A stretch of 64,000 nucleotides of DNA from Deltaproteobacteria bacterium (GTDB taxonomy: Bacteria; Myxococcota_A; Polyangia; Fen-1088): contig JANRKS010000019.1 of assembly GCA_033763315.1 (NCBI GenBank), positions 160,001 to 224,000 on the forward strand, in the 5' to 3' direction. The number at the start of each line of letters is the position of its first letter. The first letter of the stretch is position 1. The notes beneath the pieces are model-generated. The model was not told the DNA's origin. It made no database searches and was given only the letters and a program-made list of their open reading frames with translations. The position numbers and the translations under genes were made by a program. Positions 25,517-35,610 of this stretch are shown in pieces.

Positions 25517-28500
25517 ACACAGGCGGTCGACGTCGCCGCGGCACGGTCATGGCTTGTCGTGCGTGCCTTTTCGCTGTTGCGCTCTTGAGCGCGTTGACCC
25601 AGCGCCAGATCGCGCAGGCGGCCGAAGGGGTGAACCCGTATGACGCCCGGTTGCAAACGGCGGTTGAAAAGTTACGCAAGGCGGGAGCGAGCGCTACCGC
25701 CGTCGGGCCCGTGTTTGAGTTGGCCGAGCTTAACGAGCGCGTGCCCGACCGCGATTGGTCGCAGCCGTTGGCGGACGTCGTGGAGGGCAAAGGTGATCCT
25801 TTGGTGCAGGCGTGGGCCGCGTTTCATTTGGCGCGTCTGCGCGATGATCAGGGGCGTGCAGATGAAGCGGCGGCATTGCGCAAGCGGCTTGGGCTGATTG
25901 AATCGTTTTGGGTGATGGGTCCGTTCGATGCCCAAAGCCGCGCGGCTTTGGAGGCGCCATGGGCCGCCGAACTGACGCCGCTGCAGCCCCACGGAGCGAC
26001 CACGTTTGAAGGCAAAGAACAAACCGTGACCTGGCGGCGCGCCGAAGATGTGGCGCGCATGGGCGTGACTTTGTTGGACGCGGCGCTCGCGCCGCAACAA
26101 GAAGCCGGCGCCCTGCTGTTTGTTTACGTGCACAGCGATCGTGAGCAGCCGGCCGCGTTGCGTTTGGGCTCGTCGGGGCCGGTGAAGGCGTGGGTCAACG
26201 GCGCGCCTGTGTTCTCGAGCGAAGTGCAACGCATCGCCCGGTTGGATCAGGATGCCGCGCTGCTGGCGCTCAAAAAGGGCGAAAACACGTTGGTGATCAA
26301 AACGCTGAGTTTGGAGGGCGCCTGGCGCATCGTTGTGCGTTTGACGAAGCTCGACGGGCGGGCCTTGCAGGGCGTGCATTCTTCATTGCAGGGCCAAGGT
26401 GCAGCCGTCTTGGGGCAGGCTCGCAGGCTTGTGGCGGGCCCGGCGCCGAGGCACCTCGGCCGCCAGCTTGAAATCGGTTGGCAAAGCGCCTTGAAGAGCA
26501 AACGCACAGCGGAGGCTCGTGTGTGGGCTGAGGCTTTGGCCCGGCTGTGGGCGTACGCGAACCCGTTCGACAAGGATGAAAAGCCGGTCGAGCGCGTGTT
26601 GAACACAACGCTCGCCGCGGGAGAAGATTTCACGCTGCGTCGTTTGTTGGGCGAGACCGCCGTGCAAGACAACGATCGACGTACCGCCTTGCAGGCCGCC
26701 TTGCCGCTCACCACGAATCTTTCTGAACGCTGCTTGCTGCTTTGCGATCTGGTGGAGTTGGCACAAACGGCGAGGCGACCGGTGCAGGCCGTTGCCCTGC
26801 GCAACCAGGCGTTGGGTCTGCCCGCTGACGTCGCGTGTTGGCCGGCGGTGCTTTCTGTTGCAGAGGATCAGCGGGTGGCCTCGTTGCCCGCGCTGGCACG
26901 TGACGCTTTAGACGTGCTACCGCCACCCATTCGCGCGTTGCCGCTTGTGCGTAAACGCCAGGCGCGTGCGCTGCATAGCCTGGGGCTAATCAAAGAGGCA
27001 CGGGCTGAACTGCAGGCGGTCGCCGCCGAGCGTCCGAGCGATCCGGATGTGCTTGATGCCTTGATGTCCGACGCGCGCGCCACCGCGCAGACGCCGGCGT
27101 TGCTTCAACTGACTGAAGCGATGGCAAAGCGTCGGCCCGACCTTTCGTTCTTGGTTGTGGATCTCGCCAAGGTGCAAGAGGGCGCTGGGCAGACACAGGC
27201 CGCGCTCAATACGCTCGACGCCGCTTTGGCACGCGTGCCAGGCGCGGCCGAATTACATGAAGCCAAAGGGCGCTTGCTCGCGCGCTTGTTGCGGCCCGCT
27301 GAGGCGGCGGCGGCGTTGGAGCATGCTTTGGCCTTGCGCCCGCAAAACCCGACGTTGCGCAAATACATGGAGGCGCTGGCGCGGCAGGCGTCAGGTGGCA
27401 ACGCCGACGAAGCCGCCGCAGATCTGGCGCGCCGTTATGCCACCGATGTGTGGGAGACAGCCAAGCGCGCGTTGCAGGCCGGCGTCCCCGCGCAGCCTGC
27501 GGACGCAGCCCACGTGCTGCTTGACCGCAAGGTGGTGCACGTGCACGAAAATGGGCTTTCGGAAATGTTCGCGCAGCGTTTGGTTCACGTGCTGACGGAG
27601 CCCGGTGCACGCGCGAATGATTCATTCTTCATTCGCTACACGCCGGGTTCGCAGGAAGTGGAGGTGCGCCAGGCGCGTGTGTTTCGCAAGAACGCGAGCG
27701 GGGTTGTGGAAACGTCATCGGCCACTGGGCGCGACGATCGTGATCTGTCCGAGCCCTGGTACGCGCTTTACTACGACAACCGCGCCGAGGTTGTGACATT
27801 CGAGGGATTGCGGCCGGGCGATGTGGTGGAGATTCAATACACCGTTGCCGACGTGTCTGCCCGGAACGAGTTGGCCGGGTACTTCGGTGACTTTCAGTTC
27901 GTGGCGGAAACCATCCCCACCGACGTGTGGCAATACACGCTCGTAGGGCCGAAGAACAAGAAGTTCTACTTTCACGAGCCCTCGCTCACCGGCTTTTCGC
28001 GCAAGCAAGCTTCGCGCGGGGCGGACACCGAATACCAGTTCGAGGCCCGCGACGTTCCGAAAATGCGGCCTGAACCATCCATGCCGGGTTGGGCCGAGGT
28101 GGCGCCGTATTTTCACGTGAGCACCTACGAAACGTGGGATCAGGTTGGGCGTTGGTACTGGAACTTGGTGGCCGACCAGTTGGTGCCGGACGCTGAAGTG
28201 AAACGACGTGCGATTGACGCCGTAAAAGGCCTGACGTCATTGCAAGACAAAGTGCAAGCGATTCACAAGCTGGTGATTCAAGGCACGCGTTACGTCGCGC
28301 TTGAGTTTGGCATTCATGGCTATAAGCCATATCGGGTATCGCAGGTGTTGTCGCGTCGGTTTGGTGATTGCAAAGACAAGGCGTCGTTGATGGTTGCGAT
28401 GCTCAAAAGCGTGGGCGTGGATGCGCAGATCGTTTTGCTTCGCACGCGTCGGGGTGGCCAACTGGATCCGAGCCCAGCGTCGCTGGCGGTGTTCGATCAC

Positions 28501-29304
28501 GCGATTGCCTATGTGCCCGCGCTAAATATGTATCTTGATGGCACGGCCGAATTTTCGGGCATGAATGAGCTTCCCCATCAAGATCAGGCGACGATAGCGC
28601 TGCGGGTGTGGCCCGGCGGTTCGCAGTTGGTCACAACGCCCGTGTTGCCATCGCAAACGAATAGGGCTTTGCGCACCTGGGATGCCGATGTGTCTGCCGA
28701 TGGCACGGCCACGATCAACGAGGTTGTGCGCATCGTGGGGCAGGCCGCTCCTGAGTGGCGGCAGCATTACCAAACCGAAGGCGAACGCCTTGAGAAATAC
28801 GGCAAGGTCTGGAACGCACGTTATCCGGGAGCCACTGTGCAAGATCTGAAGTTCACCGGCGTGGGTGATCCAAACGAGCCTGTGCAGGTCACGGCAAAGA
28901 TCAACGTGCCAGCGTTGGCTGAACCGCAGGGTGAACAATACTTGTTGCCACTGTCGTCGCGCCCGCCTGAATATTTGCGGGCGTATGCCCGGCTATCGGA
29001 GCGAAGAACGGACTTGTTGCTGGCATACCCTTGGCAGCACGAAGAAACCCTGAGCTATCGTTTGCCTGAAGGTTTTGTGGCAGTGCAGGTGCCGAACCCT
29101 GTTTCGCTGAAGGCGCCGTTTGGTCAATTTGAGTTTGCTGTGAAACCCTCAAGCGACGGCCGCGTCGTGACGGTGTTTAGCCGGCTTGACATGCAAGAGC
29201 AGCGATTCACGCCTGCGGACTATCCGGCGTTCCGCACATTCTTGGGAACTCTTGAAGCGGCTTTGCGGGGGCGCGTTGTGATCGGGAAGGTCAACACGCC
29301 ATGA
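25513..29304 (+). CDS. Secreted TPR + DUF3857 + transglutaminase-like protein (intact Cys-His-Asp triad)
   Basis: GDCKDKA, FDHAIAYV, YLDGT; LRPGDVVEIQY; TPR-like helices. Alternative start ATG 25549. Confidence 0.85.
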   Translation: MNTGGRRRRGTVMACRACLFAVALLSALTQRQIAQAAEGVNPYDARLQTAVEKLRKAGASATAVGPVFELAELNERVPDRDWSQPLADVVEGKGDPLVQAWAAFHLARLRDDQGRADEAAALRKRLGLIESFWVMGPFDAQSRAALEAPWAAELTPLQPHGATTFEGKEQTVTWRRAEDVARMGVTLLDAALAPQQEAGALLFVYVHSDREQPAALRLGSSGPVKAWVNGAPVFSSEVQRIARLDQDAALLALKKGENTLVIKTLSLEGAWRIVVRLTKLDGRALQGVHSSLQGQGAAVLGQARRLVAGPAPRHLGRQLEIGWQSALKSKRTAEARVWAEALARLWAYANPFDKDEKPVERVLNTTLAAGEDFTLRRLLGETAVQDNDRRTALQAALPLTTNLSERCLLLCDLVELAQTARRPVQAVALRNQALGLPADVACWPAVLSVAEDQRVASLPALARDALDVLPPPIRALPLVRKRQARALHSLGLIKEARAELQAVAAERPSDPDVLDALMSDARATAQTPALLQLTEAMAKRRPDLSFLVVDLAKVQEGAGQTQAALNTLDAALARVPGAAELHEAKGRLLARLLRPAEAAAALEHALALRPQNPTLRKYMEALARQASGGNADEAAADLARRYATDVWETAKRALQAGVPAQPADAAHVLLDRKVVHVHENGLSEMFAQRLVHVLTEPGARANDSFFIRYTPGSQEVEVRQARVFRKNASGVVETSSATGRDDRDLSEPWYALYYDNRAEVVTFEGLRPGDVVEIQYTVADVSARNELAGYFGDFQFVAETIPTDVWQYTLVGPKNKKFYFHEPSLTGFSRKQASRGADTEYQFEARDVPKMRPEPSMPGWAEVAPYFHVSTYETWDQVGRWYWNLVADQLVPDAEVKRRAIDAVKGLTSLQDKVQAIHKLVIQGTRYVALEFGIHGYKPYRVSQVLSRRFGDCKDKASLMVAMLKSVGVDAQIVLLRTRRGGQLDPSPASLAVFDHAIAYVPALNMYLDGTAEFSGMNELPHQDQATIALRVWPGGSQLVTTPVLPSQTNRALRTWDADVSADGTATINEVVRIVGQAAPEWRQHYQTEGERLEKYGKVWNARYPGATVQDLKFTGVGDPNEPVQVTAKINVPALAEPQGEQYLLPLSSRPPEYLRAYARLSERRTDLLLAYPWQHEETLSYRLPEGFVAVQVPNPVSLKAPFGQFEFAVKPSSDGRVVTVFSRLDMQEQRFTPADYPAFRTFLGTLEAALRGRVVIGKVNTP

Positions 29305-32300
29305 AAAACATGCTGCGCCTCGCAGTTCTGGCGGTGTGGGCCGTCACCTCGGCGTGTGCCACCACAAACACGGGCTCGTCTGGTTTTGCAGGCCTCGCAA
29401 GCACGCAGCAAGGGTGGCGCCACCTGGTGGCCGGCGACGCCTCCCGTGCACGTGCGTCCTTCGCGCAAGGCAAAGGCTTTGACGCTTTCGCCGTTTTCGG
29501 CAGCGCGTTCGTGGCGTACGAGCATGGTGAGACTGAACGCGCGTTGGCAGATGTATCGCGCTTGCTGAGCGCCGCGGGTTCGCCTGGCGCTGAGCCGTGG
29601 ACACAATGGTTGGCCACCGCCGGCGCCAGCTGGCTCAGCACGCTGGTGTACGAGAGCCCAGCGTGGCGAGAGCAGGTGGACGTTTTGTCGTCGCAGCTCT
29701 TGTTGCCACTGCCGTGGCAAGCGCGGATTGAAATGCTGCAGGCCGCAGACGACACGGCTCGCCGCGCTGGCCGTGCCGACGCCTTGGCTCGGCTTGCGCA
29801 AATTGCGGCTTGCCCATCGCAGGCGAGCTTGACCGGCTCCGCTGGGTTGCGCCCCATGTTGGATCTGTTGAGCCCGCCCCGTGGGTTTCCTTCGGCGACT
29901 GCCGTGCTGATTTCGGGTTGCCGTGCGCAGGTGCCGCCACAGGCCTCAATGCCCGGCGTGCTCGTCGTGAAGTCGAAGCTCACAGTCGCCCAAGAGGGTC
30001 CGCACGATGTTGTGCTCGAATACCGTGGAATCGCTGCGGTGAAAATTGACGGTGGGTCGTGGCACACGCACGGCAGCGTGGACACGTGGGGCCCGCACCG
30101 ATCTTCAGTGCGGGTGCCGCTGACGCCGGGCGTGCACGACGTTGAATTGCGTCTGTCGACGTTCGGTGGCGGCGCTGACTATTGGTTGGCCGCCTTTGCC
30201 GCCCCGAAAGAGATTCTTGATGCTCCGCCGCTTGCGCTGCGTGACACGCCGAAAGATCTCGCTGCGCCGTTGACCGCGCTGTCGCATGTGCTTGTCGCGC
30301 GGCTTGTGGGGCAATGGAACGAGGGCCTGTCGCAGGCCAAAACCTTGGTGGCGATGCGTTCCTTTGCGCTGGGATTGGTGGAAGCGGGTCGAATGCTGGA
30401 AGCGGAGCCCACGCGGCCCGACAACCTCACACGTGATGCCGCGCGCACCGTGTGGCGTCTAGCTGTGGAGCAGGACCCTGGGCTTGTGCGCGCGCGCCTG
30501 GCGTTGTCTGCGCTTGAAAACATCGAAGGTCGTCCACGTGAAGCCACGGCTATGGCGATGGCAGCGATGGATGCAGCGCCGCGGTGGTGGCCGGCGGCGT
30601 TGGCCGCCCATGAGGCGTTGACCACCGAAGGCCTTGAAGCCCAAGCCGATAAGGCGCTCGACGCGGCGTGGACGCAGGTGCAGCAGCACGAAGGCCGGCC
30701 GTGGGCGTGCCCCGTGATCGAGGCCATGCTGCGGCGGGTGCGACAACGCGAACAGCTCGCGCTCGTGGATGGCCTGCTGCAAAAACAGCATGACTGCGAA
30801 GCGCGCGACACCGGCCTTGCCGCGCGCTTTGTGGAACGCGGGCAACCCGACCCAGCGGCGCGCGCCTATGAGAGCGCGGCGCAGTTTTCGTCGTCGCCAC
30901 AATGGCTTGCGCCGGATCTTGCCACCACTTGGGCCGCGCAAGGGCAAACGACCCGCGCCGTGGCGCTGCTGCAAGCCCAATCAGAGCGATGGCCGCGTGA
31001 GCCATCATTCCTCTTGCGGCTGGCAAACCTACATGCGCAAAACAAAAACGAACCGGCCGCCACAGCCACGTTGCAAAGGGCCGTGCGTGCGTTTCCTGCG
31101 GCGGCCGAAGTACGACAGGCGGCGTTGGCGGCAAAGGTCGCTTTGCCCATGGAGGCCGAGCGCTTGCCTGGCCTGCTTGCGATCGACGCCTTCATGAAAA
31201 GCGGGCACACATACGACGCACCGGCTGTGTTCGTCTTGGATCGCTTGGTTGAGCGCATCTTTCCCGATGGCGGGCGCGCTCTGTTAACCCACAGCATTGT
31301 GCGCGTGCAATCCAAAGACGCGCTTGATCGGTGGGGCGAGGTGAACGTGCCCGCAGGCGCCGAAGTGTTGACGCTGCGAACGGTGAAACCAGATCTCACT
31401 GTGCGAGAGCCCGAGGACATCTTCGGAAAGGAAACGGTGTCAGCGCCCGAGCTTGAACCGGGGGATTTCATTGAGTGGGAAACGCTGGAATTTGTGGAAC
31501 CTTCAGCCGCTTTCGGCACTGGGTTCGTAAGCCCGCGATTTTATTTTCAATCGAACGAAGCACCGCTCGAACGCAGCGAGTACATCGTCGTTTCTCCCAA
31601 GGGATGGAAGCTTGACTTTGATGTGCGCGCCGGCGCTCCAGCCGCCATCATGCAAACACAAACGAGCGAACTTGTGCGTTACCAGTATGTGGCTACACGC
31701 GTGCCGCAAGTGTTCCCAGAGCGCGCTTCGGTGCCCGCTCTTTACTGGATCCCCAGCGTGCGCCTTTGCAGCGGCGTGAATCTGCGCGCGTGGGCCGGGT
31801 TCGTGGATGATCGTCTGAGCACGATGGCTCGCAGCAACCCCGACTTGGTAAAAGCGGCGCAAACAGTTTTGGCGGCCGCCGGTGGGGAACGCGCCACGCC
31901 TTGGCAACGTGCCGAGGCTCTTGTGCACTGGGTGACCGAATCCATTGAAGCGGAGGGCGGTGCCGATGAGCCGGCTTCCTTTGCGGTGGCGCGCGGGCGC
32001 GGCAATCGTTTGGCGGTGGCGCAGGCGTTGAGCAAGCTTCTGCAAGTGAACGCGGAGGTTGTGATCGCCCGCCCATTGACGACGGCGGACGCGCACGAAG
32101 TGACGTCCCCGCAAGAGACGATGGTTTATTCCGAAGCCTTGCTTCGCTTTGTTGGACTCAACAGCAACGCTGCCCCCACAGGAAGCGACGTATACGTTGA
32201 CCTTCGCCTTCGAGACGCGCCGTTTGGCTATGTGCCCGCCGCGCTTGACGGCGCCTCCGCGGTGCGCTTGGCCGACGGGGCCGCCTTGATCGTGCGTTCG

Positions 32301-32975
32301 CTCGTGCAGGACGTTCGCAAAGTGGTGCTTGACGTGGCAGTCAACGCGCAGGGCGACGCTGTGATCACCGCGAAGGAGCACTTGGTCGGGGCCGTGGCGA
32401 TCGATTGGAAAGAGGCGCTTCGACAACTGGGCGCCGAAGAAGACAAACGCCAGCGTCGCTTCGAGGAAGCTTATTTGGCGTATCACTTTCCCGGTGCCAC
32501 GTTGGAAGCGCTTACGTTTGCGCCCACAGACCGAGCGATGGATCTTGAATATCGGATCAAAGTTGAGCGCCTCGCCACCACATCGAACGGTGGGTTGGTG
32601 CTGGAGCCGCGGTTCTTCTTGTCGCAGCCGGGGCGCCGTTATGCGACCGAGCCCACACGCAAGACAACGCTGCTTATGACACCGGAGGCGCCGCTTGATC
32701 TTGTGGCCACACTGCATTTCGCGGCGTCGGCACGCATTGCCCAGGCTGGCGCGAACCTCGACGTGTACCCCTTGGGCAGCGCGGGCCCGCATTTCGTGGA
32801 GCAGCGGGCGGTAAAGAACAACACCACCGTTGTTCTGCGTCGGCAGGTGCAGATGCCCACGGCGCGTGTGACCACGGCACAGTATGCCGCGGTGGGCGCC
32901 ACGCTTCGGAAGGTCGATTTGGCTGAACAGGCAGCCATCCATGTAGACCTGCGCAAAGGAGCCTCTGTTCCATGA
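29301..32975 (+). CDS. Lipoprotein with TPR + DUF3857 + degenerate transglutaminase-like domain
   Basis: Lipobox TSA-C; LEPGDFIEW; RGRGNRLA at the position of GDCKD (no Cys). Confidence 0.75.
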   Translation: MKNMLRLAVLAVWAVTSACATTNTGSSGFAGLASTQQGWRHLVAGDASRARASFAQGKGFDAFAVFGSAFVAYEHGETERALADVSRLLSAAGSPGAEPWTQWLATAGASWLSTLVYESPAWREQVDVLSSQLLLPLPWQARIEMLQAADDTARRAGRADALARLAQIAACPSQASLTGSAGLRPMLDLLSPPRGFPSATAVLISGCRAQVPPQASMPGVLVVKSKLTVAQEGPHDVVLEYRGIAAVKIDGGSWHTHGSVDTWGPHRSSVRVPLTPGVHDVELRLSTFGGGADYWLAAFAAPKEILDAPPLALRDTPKDLAAPLTALSHVLVARLVGQWNEGLSQAKTLVAMRSFALGLVEAGRMLEAEPTRPDNLTRDAARTVWRLAVEQDPGLVRARLALSALENIEGRPREATAMAMAAMDAAPRWWPAALAAHEALTTEGLEAQADKALDAAWTQVQQHEGRPWACPVIEAMLRRVRQREQLALVDGLLQKQHDCEARDTGLAARFVERGQPDPAARAYESAAQFSSSPQWLAPDLATTWAAQGQTTRAVALLQAQSERWPREPSFLLRLANLHAQNKNEPAATATLQRAVRAFPAAAEVRQAALAAKVALPMEAERLPGLLAIDAFMKSGHTYDAPAVFVLDRLVERIFPDGGRALLTHSIVRVQSKDALDRWGEVNVPAGAEVLTLRTVKPDLTVREPEDIFGKETVSAPELEPGDFIEWETLEFVEPSAAFGTGFVSPRFYFQSNEAPLERSEYIVVSPKGWKLDFDVRAGAPAAIMQTQTSELVRYQYVATRVPQVFPERASVPALYWIPSVRLCSGVNLRAWAGFVDDRLSTMARSNPDLVKAAQTVLAAAGGERATPWQRAEALVHWVTESIEAEGGADEPASFAVARGRGNRLAVAQALSKLLQVNAEVVIARPLTTADAHEVTSPQETMVYSEALLRFVGLNSNAAPTGSDVYVDLRLRDAPFGYVPAALDGASAVRLADGAALIVRSLVQDVRKVVLDVAVNAQGDAVITAKEHLVGAVAIDWKEALRQLGAEEDKRQRRFEEAYLAYHFPGATLEALTFAPTDRAMDLEYRIKVERLATTSNGGLVLEPRFFLSQPGRRYATEPTRKTTLLMTPEAPLDLVATLHFAASARIAQAGANLDVYPLGSAGPHFVEQRAVKNNTTVVLRRQVQMPTARVTTAQYAAVGATLRKVDLAEQAAIHVDLRKGASVP

Positions 32976-33997
32976 GCCACACTTCTCATCCCCAACGCGT
33001 GGTTGTGCTTGGCGCCGGATCATGGGGCACCGCTTTGGCCGCGCTGTTATGCGAGCAGGGCCACCACGTCACGCTGTGGGGGCGCGATGATCAAGCGATT
33101 GAAACCATGCGCTTGCGCGGTGAGAACCTTCGCTACTTGCCTGGCGTGAAGCTGCCCGCAAGCCTGCACCTCACAAGCACCCTCGAAGGTCTTGCCGATC
33201 ACGCGAATGTTTGTGTGGTGGTGTTGCCTTCAGCAAACGTGCGCGAGACGCTGACGCGTATGAGCCCCAGCTTCGAGGGCTTGGTGGTGTGCGCTTCCAA
33301 GGGGCTCGAAAAGGGTTCCGCGCTGACCATGGATCAAGTGATCGAAAATGTGTGGCCACGCTGCAGGCATGTGCTGCTGTCGGGGCCCACGTTTGCCGTG
33401 GAGGTTGCCAACCGACGTCCCGCGGCCGCGGTGGTGGCATCCAAAGATCAGGCTGCACGCGAGGCCGCGCAACGGTTGTTTACGTGTGGGCGGTTTCGCG
33501 TTTATGGCAGCGACGATGTTGTGGGTGTGGCGTTTGGTGGAGCTCTAAAGAATGTGATCGCGCTTGCCGCGGGGTGCTCCGATGGCTTGGGGTTTGGCGC
33601 CAACGCGCGCGCCGCCTTGATCACACGCGGTCTTGCGGAGATCGGCCGCTTGGCTGCGGCGTGTGGCGGCAACCCATTGACGCTCGCGGGCCTCGCGGGC
33701 CTCGGAGATTTGGTGCTGACATGCACGGGCGAGCTTTCCCGCAACCGCACGGTCGGCTTGGCGTTGGGCCGCGGCGAACCGTTGGGCAAGATCGCGGCGC
33801 GCTTGGGGCAAGTGGCCGAAGGCGTGGAGACGGCACAAACCGCGGCCGAATTGGCGGCCCGCCTGCACGTTGACCTTCCGATCACATGTGAAGTCGCGGC
33901 CGTTCTTTCTGGCACCCGAACGGCGTGGGAAGCGGTGGCCAAGCTATTGGCTCGCGAGATCGGCGACGAGATGGGCGCCCACGAGCGAACGGCTTAG
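32972..33997 (+). CDS. gpsA: NAD(P)H-dependent glycerol-3-phosphate dehydrogenase
   Basis: GAGSWGTALA, SGPTFA, GGALKNVIA, GLGDLVLTC, SRN, AEG. Confidence 0.96.
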   Translation: MSHTSHPQRVVVLGAGSWGTALAALLCEQGHHVTLWGRDDQAIETMRLRGENLRYLPGVKLPASLHLTSTLEGLADHANVCVVVLPSANVRETLTRMSPSFEGLVVCASKGLEKGSALTMDQVIENVWPRCRHVLLSGPTFAVEVANRRPAAAVVASKDQAAREAAQRLFTCGRFRVYGSDDVVGVAFGGALKNVIALAAGCSDGLGFGANARAALITRGLAEIGRLAAACGGNPLTLAGLAGLGDLVLTCTGELSRNRTVGLALGRGEPLGKIAARLGQVAEGVETAQTAAELAARLHVDLPITCEVAAVLSGTRTAWEAVAKLLAREIGDEMGAHERTA

Positions 33998-34851
33998 CTG
34001 ACGATCTGCAACTGTCGGCGGTAGTCGCGCACCAGGTCCGGCTGGGCTGGAGGCTCCTCCAAGTGATCGAATATCGCTAGCAGGGCTTTGCGCGCCAGGC
34101 CGCCTGCGTGAGCGGCGTTGCGCGACACGCTTTCCAACAACGCGTCCATAGCGGCCTGGGTTTGACCTCGGCTCAGCAACGTGGCCGCCAAACTGAGGCG
34201 GGCTTCATGATCGCGCGGGTTGTCCTGCACTTTCTTTTGCGCTGCTTCGACTCCCTCAAGATTGGCGCGTTCAAGCAAATCGGCCAACGCCTCCAAAGCT
34301 TCGACCCGTGGATATTGAGGGGCCGAAGGGTGAACGCGTTCAGCCAACGTTCGGATCTCCGGCGGTGGTCCTCCGGTTGCCACCAACACGTGCGCTAGAT
34401 GAAACGCCGCTTCGCTGCCAACTTCGTCGTCGTCGACGAGGGCGCCCAACGCCGCTCGCGCGGCCTGCGGATCGGGGCGCTTCGCCAAGGCTTCAGCCAG
34501 GGCGGCGCGGGCCGCAGAGGGCACCAGCGACCGAATAAATGCTTCAATCGTGGGCAAGGGCTGCGCACCCACGAACTCATCCACAACTTCACCATTACGG
34601 AACGCTTTGACGGCGGGAATCCCTTGAATGCCGAACCGTGCCGCAATGCCCTGGTTCGCGTCGGTGTTGATCTTCACCAATTCCACGCGCCCCCCCGCGG
34701 CCTGCACAGCCTTTTCCAGCAAGGGGCCGAGTGTGCGACAAGGGCCACACCAGGGCGCCCAGAAGTCCACCAGCACCGGCAGCTGAGCAGACCGTTCGAT
34801 CACGGCCGCCTGAAAATCAGCCTCATTGATGTCTTTGACAAAAGAGCTCAC
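33994..34851 (-). CDS. Thioredoxin with C-terminal TPR (CnoX/YbbN-like chaperedoxin)
   Basis: VDFWAPWCGPC, IQGIPAV, C-terminal ARKALLAIF...YRRQL. Start GTG 34851. Confidence 0.88.
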   Translation of the reverse strand: MSSFVKDINEADFQAAVIERSAQLPVLVDFWAPWCGPCRTLGPLLEKAVQAAGGRVELVKINTDANQGIAARFGIQGIPAVKAFRNGEVVDEFVGAQPLPTIEAFIRSLVPSAARAALAEALAKRPDPQAARAALGALVDDDEVGSEAAFHLAHVLVATGGPPPEIRTLAERVHPSAPQYPRVEALEALADLLERANLEGVEAAQKKVQDNPRDHEARLSLAATLLSRGQTQAAMDALLESVSRNAAHAGGLARKALLAIFDHLEEPPAQPDLVRDYRRQLQIVS

Positions 34852-34905
34852 AAACTGAGCTTGGCGAAGAGCGCGAGGTCTCGCAAGCTCGGGTATCATC
34901 AAGGC

Positions 34906-35607
34906 GTGCCTGTTTACGGGCTGACCGAAGACCCCGCCTTGTTTCCTGATCCACAGCTGGCTGATGCAGACGGCTTGTTGGCTATGGGGGGAGACTTATC
35001 CGCTGAGCGCTTGATTGGCGCTTACGCGACGGGGATCTTTCCGTGGTTCGAGGATGGCCAGCCCATCTTGTGGTGGTCGCCCGATCCGCGCATGGTGCTG
35101 GATCCCGCCCAACTGCACGTGCCCAAGTCCTTGGCCAAAGTCATGCGCTCGGGGCGGTTCGAGCTGCGCTTCGACACCGCGTTTGAGCAAGTGATTGATC
35201 GTTGCGCCACGAAACGCCGCCCCGGTCAGCGAGGCACATGGATCACCACCGAGATGCGCGGCGCATACCAAAAGCTTCACCAACTGGGCGTGGCGCATTC
35301 GGCGGAAGCGTGGAGTGAAGGCAAGCTTGTGGGGGGGCTCTACGGCGTTAGCTTGGGTGGCGCGTTCTTTGGCGAATCGATGTTCGCGGATGCCCCCGAC
35401 GCCTCAAAGTTTGCTTTCGTGGCTTTGGTTCGCCAGCTGCAATCCTGGGGCGTGGATCTGATCGATTGCCAGGTCACCACCGCCCACCTCGCACGCTTTG
35501 GCGCCGTGGAAATTCCGCGCGCCGCATTTTTAGCCCGTTTACAAGCGTCGCTGAAAAAGCCCACGCACCAAGGCCGTTGGAAACCTGAACCGCTGCACCA
35601 GGATTGA
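34906..35607 (+). CDS. aat: Leucyl/phenylalanyl-tRNA--protein transferase
   Basis: GLLAMGGDL, GIFPWF, WWSPDPR, TWIT, AHSAE, FFGESMF, IDCQ. True start GTG 34906 (track extends to 34399). Confidence 0.95.
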   Translation: MPVYGLTEDPALFPDPQLADADGLLAMGGDLSAERLIGAYATGIFPWFEDGQPILWWSPDPRMVLDPAQLHVPKSLAKVMRSGRFELRFDTAFEQVIDRCATKRRPGQRGTWITTEMRGAYQKLHQLGVAHSAEAWSEGKLVGGLYGVSLGGAFFGESMFADAPDASKFAFVALVRQLQSWGVDLIDCQVTTAHLARFGAVEIPRAAFLARLQASLKKPTHQGRWKPEPLHQD

Positions 35608-35610
35608 AGC

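Noticed and set aside
31503-33023. Long minus-strand ORF (506 aa) and similar long antisense ORFs (16771, 40135, 45050, 58496)
   Set aside because: Typical GC-rich antisense shadows of well-supported genes.
34399-34905. N-terminal extension of aat
   Set aside because: It overlaps the thioredoxin gene antisense; homology starts at GTG 34906.
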